From: Truepera sp.
GTDB lineage: Bacteria > Deinococcota > Deinococci > Deinococcales > Trueperaceae
Length of the DNA: 64,000 nucleotides
Direction: 5' to 3'
Assembly: GCA_965218435.1 (NCBI GenBank)
Contig: CBDCKW010000009.1
Location: forward strand, 128,001-192,000
The stretch's first letter is position 1, and each line of letters opens with the position of its first letter. Shown in pieces: positions 57,288 to 64,000 of this stretch. The notes under the pieces were generated by a model. The model made no database searches, had not been told where the DNA came from, and saw only the letters and a list, made by a program, of their open reading frames with translations. A program made the translations under genes and the position numbers.

Positions 57288-58136
57288 CTACACCTCGGCT
57301 CGAAAGGTATTGGTCAGGCGGCCCAGCTTTTCAATCTCGACCGTGACCTCATCGCCCGCTTTAAGCCAGATTGCCGGGTCATCGCCGAAGATCACGCCTT
57401 CAGGGGTTCCGGTCAAGATCACGTCGCCGGGTTCCAGGGTCAGATAGCGGCTGATATAACTGACAAGTTGTTTTGTCGAAAAAACCATGTCGGCGGTGCT
57501 CGAGTCCTGCCGCAGCTCACCGTTTAACCAGCAGCGAATCCGCAAGGCGTCCGGGTCGCCTACTTCGTCGGCTGTTACCAGATACGGCCCCAGGGGTAAA
57601 AAGCCGTCCAAGGTTTTGCCGAGCAGCCACTGTCCGGTCAACATCTGCAGATCGCGCGCGCTCAGATCGTTGCCGTTACAGTAGCCGAACACGTAGTCGT
57701 GCGCCTCACCTTCGCTGACGTCTTTGGCACGCCTGCCGATGACGATAGCAAGTTCAGCTTCGTAATCCGCTTGCTTCGTAACTTCGGGAAGGGTGATGAC
57801 GTCTCCGTTTCCGGCGAGCGCGTTGGCATATTTGGAAAAGAGGATCGGGGTTTGAGGAACGGCCATCCCCGCTTCGGCGGCGTGGCGGCGGTAGTTGAGG
57901 CCGACGCAGACGATTTTGCCCGGATTGGGTACACAAGGAGCGAGGGTTAAGGTCGCCTCGTCTAAGAAGTCGGTTGCCCCAGCTACAAAGGTTTCTAACG
58001 CGGTTTGGGCTCTGCTCCCACCTTGCAGCAACGCCAGCACCGTTTGCGGCACCCCTTCAGGCGCGCTCACCGTTTCCACGACGCCGTTTTCCGTCTGCAC
58101 AGCTAGACTGTGATCTTGTAAACTCAGTAATTTCAT
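57288..58136 (-). CDS. Fumarylacetoacetate hydrolase family protein
   Basis: CVGLNY, DYEAEL, NDLSARD, GDVILTGTP. Confidence 0.92.
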   Translation of the reverse strand: MKLLSLQDHSLAVQTENGVVETVSAPEGVPQTVLALLQGGSRAQTALETFVAGATDFLDEATLTLAPCVPNPGKIVCVGLNYRRHAAEAGMAVPQTPILFSKYANALAGNGDVITLPEVTKQADYEAELAIVIGRRAKDVSEGEAHDYVFGYCNGNDLSARDLQMLTGQWLLGKTLDGFLPLGPYLVTADEVGDPDALRIRCWLNGELRQDSSTADMVFSTKQLVSYISRYLTLEPGDVILTGTPEGVIFGDDPAIWLKAGDEVTVEIEKLGRLTNTFRAEV

Positions 58137-58491
58137 CGTTTCTCCTTTGGAACAAGCCCTTTACGGCGAGCTAACGCTTTCTCGTGCAATGTATTTTGTG
58201 GGCACGCACCGCTCGAGCTTTTCGCAACATCTGCGGCTTCGACTTGAAGACGGTACGGCTGAGGAGTTGCTCTTGTACGCGGTTACCCAGCTGTTTGGCG
58301 TTATGGATGAGGGCTTGTTTGTCAACCTTTCAAAGCTTGTATTTAAGTGACACTGACTGTGGGGAAGTTAGACAAGACTGTCGGGTACCAGCGCCATAAG
58401 CTTTCGTAGCCAAATCAGATTGCAAGCCAGCTAAAATGCAGCCGCTTTCAGTGCGCGAGAATACCTCCGCTAATCGACCTTTGATGGCGGG

Positions 58492-58505
58492 TATCATATA
58501 TGATA
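58492..58505. promoter_or_regulatory. Putative GntR operator
   Basis: Perfect palindrome TATCATATATGATA just before regulator ATG. Confidence 0.6.
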
Positions 58506-58510
58506 TTTAG

Positions 58511-59245
58511 ATGAAACGTCAACCAAGCAGATGGCAAGATACTTACCCAGCCGAAAAGATAGGAGAAGTCAAGGGCACAAAAAGTAAAAATGTTTTGGTT
58601 TACGGCTATCTACATACCATGATCCTTAAAGGTAAGTTGGTACCGGGTTCGCGTGTAACGGCCGACCAGATTGCAGCGCAGCTCGGCGTTTCTCCTATTC
58701 CGGTGCGTGAAGCACTTTTGCGGCTCGAGGCCGAAGGGTTCGTGACCCTAGAGCCTTACGTCGGGGCAAAAGTCACCGAGCTGCGCGAGAGTGAAGTGCA
58801 AGAGGTGTTTGGCCTTTTAGGGTCGCTCGCGCTGATCTGTGGGCGTTCGGCGTGTTTACGGCTTAGCGACGCCGACCTAATCCGGATTGAAACACTTTTA
58901 GCAGATATGGAAAACTGTGCTTACGACCCTGAAGCGTGGTCTTTACGCAACAAAGAACTGCACCTTTTTATCGGCGAAAAGTCCGAGCACAAGTTGGCCC
59001 TGAGGATGCTGCGATTGGCGCTCGACCATTGGGACAGGTTGTGGCGGCATTTTTTAGAAGAGGTCTTTTCTCAGCGTATCCCCGCGGCTCACGCCGAGCA
59101 CGTGCAGATGTTGGCCGCCTTTAGGGCGCGCAGCCCCAAACGACTTGAAGAGGTCGTTCGCGTTCATAACGAAAAAGCCTTACACGCCTATCTAACTCAC
59201 CTCGCAACTAACTCAGCACAGACGCTGCAGCCTACCCCTGACTAA
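58511..59245 (+). CDS. GntR/FadR-family regulator
   Basis: LGVSPIPVREALLRLEAEG; FCD-type N..LH...EH. Confidence 0.9.
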   Translation: MKRQPSRWQDTYPAEKIGEVKGTKSKNVLVYGYLHTMILKGKLVPGSRVTADQIAAQLGVSPIPVREALLRLEAEGFVTLEPYVGAKVTELRESEVQEVFGLLGSLALICGRSACLRLSDADLIRIETLLADMENCAYDPEAWSLRNKELHLFIGEKSEHKLALRMLRLALDHWDRLWRHFLEEVFSQRIPAAHAEHVQMLAAFRARSPKRLEEVVRVHNEKALHAYLTHLATNSAQTLQPTPD

Positions 59246-59544
59246 AAACGTTGTAACTACGATCAAGTAGCAGGTATCATCTGGTCGGCACCGCTCTCCC
59301 GCCGATTTTTACCGATTAGCACGTACTTTCTGAGATGATGACTGTGGCAATCTCTTTTGGAAATGCTGAAGGAATCCCAGCAGCGACTTGTAGATGATCT
59401 TATACCGGTCTCGGCGACCGTAAAAAGAGGCGGATACGACCCTTAAAGACTGCTCGACTCGAGTCCGTAACCTCGGATTAACTAGGGAGTTTCTTGTACG
59501 GGGTAGCTGCCTCGGTAGCCGGATTATCCCGGTCGGTCGCGCGT

Positions 59545-60384
59545 CTAAACATATTTCAGGTAACGCGCTTTGACCAGCTCGAGCACCTCGGCCCCGGGCT
59601 TTTGCCACAGAGCTTCGTTAAAGATTTCGCACTCGATAGGGCCGGTGTAACCGGCGTCTTCGGCGGCTCCGCGCAGGGCGCGAAGCTCGATCCAACCGTC
59701 GCCCATCATGCCGCGGCCGTTAAGTACGTCGGGCAAAGGGGTAACCCAGTCGCAGATGTGAAACCCCAAGAGGTGGGGCTGCGCCTTGGCAATCTCGTGA
59801 TAGACCTCGGGGTCCCACCACACGTGAAACGTATCAACAATGACGCCGATGGGCACCGTCAGCTCGGGAAAGTCAGCATTAAGTTGTGTTGCGAGGGCGT
59901 TGGCCTGCGCGAGCGTGCAGATGACGTTACGGTCGGCGCAGTACAGCGGGTGCAGAGGTTCGATGTCTAGTTTGACCCCGAGCTCAGCCGCGTAGGGAAC
60001 GACCTCAGCAACGCCGTCATAAACCATCTGCCGCGCCGCCCCCAGGTCTCTGTCAGGCAAGCCGCCGCAGACCAGCACTAAAGTGTCCGTACCGAGAACC
60101 GCAGCTTCGTCAACTGCGCGAAAGTTGTCGTCAATCCGCCGCCGCCGTTCTCGGGAGGACTTTGCCGGAAACATGCCGCCGCGACACAGACTCGAGACCC
60201 GTAACCCCGCCGCTCGTACCAGTCTGGCACTCTGCTGCACGCCTTGCTCGTGTACCTTATCGCGCCACAAGCCGATCCAGCCGAGCCCCGCTGCGGCGCA
60301 GCCTTCCACAGCTTCTTTGAGCGTCCACGGTTTCGTGGTGTACTGGTTTAACGAGAGCCGTGACAAGTCTGGACGCTCACCCAT
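59545..60384 (-). CDS. Sugar-phosphate isomerase/epimerase family (xylose-isomerase-like TIM barrel)
   Basis: IEPLHP, DTFHVWWD, FHICDW, GDGWIEL, ECEIF. Confidence 0.85.
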   Translation of the reverse strand: MGERPDLSRLSLNQYTTKPWTLKEAVEGCAAAGLGWIGLWRDKVHEQGVQQSARLVRAAGLRVSSLCRGGMFPAKSSRERRRRIDDNFRAVDEAAVLGTDTLVLVCGGLPDRDLGAARQMVYDGVAEVVPYAAELGVKLDIEPLHPLYCADRNVICTLAQANALATQLNADFPELTVPIGVIVDTFHVWWDPEVYHEIAKAQPHLLGFHICDWVTPLPDVLNGRGMMGDGWIELRALRGAAEDAGYTGPIECEIFNEALWQKPGAEVLELVKARYLKYV

Positions 60385-61543
60385 GAGCCGCCCTTGTGCG
60401 CTGCAAGAAAGTGGTCATTCGCTCCGCCGCCAGCTCCGGGCGCGCCAGCACACCGGCTTGGTCGGCAAGCTTAAAGAGTTCGGCCAGGTGAGGCGTGGTG
60501 CGGACGGCCTCGAGGCCCCCCACCACCTTAAATTGGTCTTGGTAACCGTTCAGATAGGCGAGGAAGACGAGGCCCGTTTTGTAGTGATAGGTCGGCGCTT
60601 CAAAGATGTGCCGCGCCAGCGGTACGGTCCGCGCTAAGAGCGCGTCGTAACGCGCTACGTCGCCCGCGTCAAGCGCGTGTAGGGCCGCTGCCGCAACAGG
60701 AAAGATCGCGTCAAAGATACCCAGCAGTCCGTGGCTGTAGCCCTGCTCGTCCCCCTTGATCAGCACGTCGTAGTTAAAGTCGTCGCCGGTATAGAGCTTG
60801 ACGCCCGGCGGCAGCTTGCGCCGCAACGTCACCTCTTTGTCGGCGTCTAAAAGAGAAATTTTAATCCCGTCAACCTTGTCTCGGTGCCCTTCGATCAGGC
60901 TGAGGCAGGTCTCCATCGCTTCTTGCAAGTCGGGTGAGCCCCAGTAGCCCTCGAGGGCCGGGTCAAACATCGCCCCAAGCCAGTGGAGGATGACCGGTTG
61001 CGACACCTGTGAGAGGATACGGCTATAGACTGTTAGGTAATCGTCGGCGTGCTCCGCAGTCGCGGCTAAAGCGCGGCTCGCCATCAAGATAAGCTGTCCG
61101 CCTCTTGCCTCGATAAACTCACACTGTCTTTCATAGGCGGTAGCCACGTCGTCTAAGCTGAGGTTGTCATAGGTCTTCAGCTGGTCGGTTCCCGCACCGC
61201 AGGCGATACGCCCGCCGACGCTTCTGGCTTCTATCAGCGAGCGGCTGATGAGTTCTTGAGCCACCGGCCAGTTCAGCCCCATGCCGCGCTGCGCCGTGTC
61301 CATCGCCTCGGCGACCCCGAAACCGTAAGACCAGAGGTGGTGGCGGTACCTTAGAGTGGCGTTCCAGTCGAGAACGGCGGGCTTACCGGGGCCGTTATCA
61401 GCCTCTGGGTCGGCGACCACGTGCGCCGCAGCGAAGAGTATCCGGCTCCGAAACGGCTCCTCTACGGGTAGCGGTGCTGAGCTGCCTGAAAGCTGATAGC
61501 GTTCAGACGCACCACCCGGTTTAGGAAGCTGTACCGTCGTCAC
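60377..61543 (-). CDS. DUF993 family protein (DHDPS-like barrel)
   Basis: FAAAHVVADP, AEAMDTAQRGMGL, LHWLG, GIKISLL, YTGDDFNY; GTGA overlap start. Confidence 0.85.
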   Translation of the reverse strand: MTTVQLPKPGGASERYQLSGSSAPLPVEEPFRSRILFAAAHVVADPEADNGPGKPAVLDWNATLRYRHHLWSYGFGVAEAMDTAQRGMGLNWPVAQELISRSLIEARSVGGRIACGAGTDQLKTYDNLSLDDVATAYERQCEFIEARGGQLILMASRALAATAEHADDYLTVYSRILSQVSQPVILHWLGAMFDPALEGYWGSPDLQEAMETCLSLIEGHRDKVDGIKISLLDADKEVTLRRKLPPGVKLYTGDDFNYDVLIKGDEQGYSHGLLGIFDAIFPVAAAALHALDAGDVARYDALLARTVPLARHIFEAPTYHYKTGLVFLAYLNGYQDQFKVVGGLEAVRTTPHLAELFKLADQAGVLARPELAAERMTTFLQRTRAAHG

Positions 61544-62715
61544 GGTGCTCCCTCCGCAGACAAAGCCGCGGCTAATTCGGGAACCTCGAGCCAGCGCCGC
61601 TCTTTCCACGATCTAAGTCCGAGTTCGGCGAGCTGGACCCCTTTAGCCCCTTCTAGTAAGGTATGGTCAAAGGGCGTGTCGCAGACAACGTGGGTCAAAA
61701 ACAGCTCCCACTGCGTCTTAAACCCGTTGTCGAAGTTGGTGTTGTCAGGAACGACCTGCCAGTCGCCGTAAAAGTCAATCGCGTTGGGAACGTCCGGATT
61801 CCAGGTCGGTTTGGGGGTTACGCTGCGGTGCTGTACCCGGCATTCTCGCAGTCCGGCAACGGCGCTCCCTTCGGTGCCGTCAACTTGAAAGCTGACCAAC
61901 TCATCGCGGTAAACACGGGTACACCATGACGAGTTGATCTGCGCGACGATACCGCCCCCGAGTTCAAACATCGCGTAAGCGGCGTCGTCGGCGGTCGCGG
62001 CGTAAGGTTCGCCGGCCTCGTCGTAACGCTCACCGATATGGGTTGCCCCCAGGCACAGCACCGAACGTACCGGGCCGAAGAGGTGATCTAACACGTAGCG
62101 CCAGTGGCAGAGCATATCGACGATAATGCCGCCGCCCTCAGCTTTACGGTAGTTCCAGCTCGGGCGCTGCGCGGCTTGCCAGTCCCCTTCAAAAACCCAG
62201 TAACCGAACTCGCCGCGGACCGACAAAATACGTCCGAAAAAGCCGCTGTCAACTAGCCTCTTAAGTTTCAAAAGTCCTGGAAGAAAGCGCTTGTCTTGAA
62301 CTACCCCGTGTTTGATTCCGGCAGCGTCGGCGAGGCGGACCAGCTCGAGCGCGTCTGCGAGCGTCTCGGCAACCGGTTTTTCGGTGTAGACATGTTTCCC
62401 GGCAGCGATCGCCTGTTTGAGGTTGGCGGCGCGGTGCTGCGTTAAAACGGCGTCGAAGTAGACGCTGTTAGCAGGGTCCGCTAAACACGCGTCGAGGTCG
62501 GTACTCCAGCGCGTCACCCCGGTTTCAGCGGCGAGCTGCTCGAGTTTAGCCTCACTGCGTCCGACGAGTACCGGGTCGGGGAGCAGCTTATCTCCGTTTG
62601 GCAGCGCCAGCCCACCCTGATCTATCAGCGCCTTGACCGACCGGAGCAAGTGCTGATTTTTGCCCATCCTGCCGGTCACGCCGTTCATGACGATCCCGAT
62701 TCGCTCCTCAGCCAT
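61540..62715 (-). CDS. Gfo/Idh/MocA oxidoreductase
   Basis: MNGVTGRMG, GKHVYTEKP, EFGYWVFEG. Confidence 0.9.
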   Translation of the reverse strand: MAEERIGIVMNGVTGRMGKNQHLLRSVKALIDQGGLALPNGDKLLPDPVLVGRSEAKLEQLAAETGVTRWSTDLDACLADPANSVYFDAVLTQHRAANLKQAIAAGKHVYTEKPVAETLADALELVRLADAAGIKHGVVQDKRFLPGLLKLKRLVDSGFFGRILSVRGEFGYWVFEGDWQAAQRPSWNYRKAEGGGIIVDMLCHWRYVLDHLFGPVRSVLCLGATHIGERYDEAGEPYAATADDAAYAMFELGGGIVAQINSSWCTRVYRDELVSFQVDGTEGSAVAGLRECRVQHRSVTPKPTWNPDVPNAIDFYGDWQVVPDNTNFDNGFKTQWELFLTHVVCDTPFDHTLLEGAKGVQLAELGLRSWKERRWLEVPELAAALSAEGAP

Positions 62716-63787
62716 GAGTCCTCGTCCGGTCGGCCGCTCTCTGGGCCGTCAAAGCCAGTTCTGCCGCCTTAAACGTATGGGCCTGCGTCATCGCCTGTTC
62801 TGTGCGGTTAAGGCAGTCCAAGATAAGCTCACCGAAAAAGGGAAAGCCGACCTTTCCTGCGACCGGCACATGGTATTCGTCTTCCGACGTAACCAGATAA
62901 AGGTGGTCTTTACTTCCCTCACGGGCCACGTCGGTGTGTTTGCGCAGCTCGAGCGTCCCCTCGGTGCCGAGGACGAAAAGACGCCCGTCGCCCCACGTGC
63001 TTAAGCCCTGCGGCGTAAACCAGTCCACCCGGAAGTAGTTCGAGGTGCCGTTGTCGGCGACTAAGCTGGCTTCGCCGAAGTCCTCGAGCTCTAGATACTC
63101 AAGGTGCGCGAAGTTTTCGACTCGGGCGTTGGTTACAGCTGCGTCTTCTGCCCTACTGTAGAAAAGAAACTGTTCGATCTGATGACTGCCGATGTCGCAG
63201 AGAATTCCCCCATAGTGCTCTTTTTTATAAAACCAGTCCGGCCTGGGCGTCTGGCCTATTTTGTGAGGTCCCAAACCGAGCACCTGAAGCACGTGGCCGA
63301 TGACCCCCTCACCGATGAGCTGACCGGCAAACACTGCACTCTCGACGTGCAGGCGCTCGCTGTAATAGACCAGGTGCTTTTTGCCCGTCTCGGCAACCTT
63401 TTGCCGCGCCGCCTCGAGCTGCGCGAAGGTGGTAAAGGGCGCTTTGTCTACAAAATAATCTTTGCCCGCGTCCAGCACCCGGAGGTCGAGCGCGCCCCGT
63501 TGGTCGGGAATGATCGCGGACGTGACCAGCTTGAGCTCGGGATCGTCGAGAATAGTAGTTTCGTCCGCCGCAATGTCAACGTCGGGAAACCGTCCCTTAA
63601 ACGCCGTCGTTTTAGCGGGATCAGGGTCAAAAACAGTGCGAAGGGTTCCCCCGGCTTGGATCAACCCTTCGCACTGCCCGTAGATATGACCGTGGTCAAG
63701 GCCGATGGCTGCGAACGGAAACTCCCCGGGTTCGCATACGGGCTCAGGCGGTCCTAAAGGCTCGAGCGCCGAAGGCAGACAGCTCAT
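62708..63787 (-). CDS. Gfo/Idh/MocA oxidoreductase
   Basis: GLDHGHI, DKAP, GGILCDIGSHQ; ATGA overlap start. Confidence 0.88.
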   Translation of the reverse strand: MSCLPSALEPLGPPEPVCEPGEFPFAAIGLDHGHIYGQCEGLIQAGGTLRTVFDPDPAKTTAFKGRFPDVDIAADETTILDDPELKLVTSAIIPDQRGALDLRVLDAGKDYFVDKAPFTTFAQLEAARQKVAETGKKHLVYYSERLHVESAVFAGQLIGEGVIGHVLQVLGLGPHKIGQTPRPDWFYKKEHYGGILCDIGSHQIEQFLFYSRAEDAAVTNARVENFAHLEYLELEDFGEASLVADNGTSNYFRVDWFTPQGLSTWGDGRLFVLGTEGTLELRKHTDVAREGSKDHLYLVTSEDEYHVPVAGKVGFPFFGELILDCLNRTEQAMTQAHTFKAAELALTAQRAADRTRTHG

Positions 63788-64000
63788 ACGGCCATCCGAC
63801 CGTTCATCGCGCCGTAAAAAGGATCACCAACCCCGATAGAGCCGCGCGCGACCGTTCGTCCGGTTAACGCGGACTTGTAGAGGCTGGCGATAAACTCGAG
63901 CGTCTGCCTCGCGCCTTGACCACTGGTCAGCGGACGCGTTCCTTGTCTGAAACAAGCAACCATATAACTGACTTGAGCATGGTGAAGGGTCGGGGCTTCT
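63784..64000 (-). CDS. C-terminus of probable Gfo/Idh/MocA oxidoreductase (partial)
   Basis: Manual translation ...ARQTLEFIASLYKSALTGRTV...DPFYGAMNGRMAV*; stop overlaps next ATG. Confidence 0.65.
   Translation of the reverse strand, partial: EAPTLHHAQVSYMVACFRQGTRPLTSGQGARQTLEFIASLYKSALTGRTVARGSIGVGDPFYGAMNGRMAV

Noticed and set aside
63104..63757. Long antisense or alternative-frame ORFs (also 3062-3631, 7573-8142, 51165-51743, 60083-60637)
   Set aside because: Shadows of well-supported genes in GC-rich DNA with no motifs.
63787..63807. Frameshifted start of the Gfo/Idh/MocA gene
   Set aside because: The upstream ATG belongs to the previous gene's C-terminus, whose TGA overlaps ATG 63787.

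Overview
64-kb bacterial chromosome segment of moderately high GC. It is most likely Deinococcota (Trueperaceae-like); this is an inference from pervasive leaderless -10-only promoters, a short MinC and a Thermus-like pilin locus. Contents in order: an AraC-PhyH dioxygenase-sugar ABC operon; a lipoprotein subtilase with tandem octapeptide repeats divergent from a TPR/HD-GYP/GGDEF c-di-GMP enzyme; thrB, nnr and lepA; a type IV pilin locus interspersed with about six toxin-antitoxin modules; scpB, pyrF, uvrA, iaaA and minC; a decaying oxidoreductase island with an IS5-family insertion; an acyl-CoA ligase; a cobalamin riboswitch plus permease; and two sugar/sugar-acid catabolic clusters. Main findings: (1) a candidate peptide-signalling module of repeat-bearing protease plus TPR c-di-GMP receptor; (2) one exact promoter architecture, GT(A/C)AG-N6-GT(A/C)AG-N11-TANNNT, shared by that module and both pilin transcription units; (3) a kinase plus atypical enolase pair inside a sugar-acid operon; (4) strong CTCGAG over-representation; (5) a 50% Thr uORF coupled to minC. 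No rRNA, tRNA or CRISPR array was recognised.
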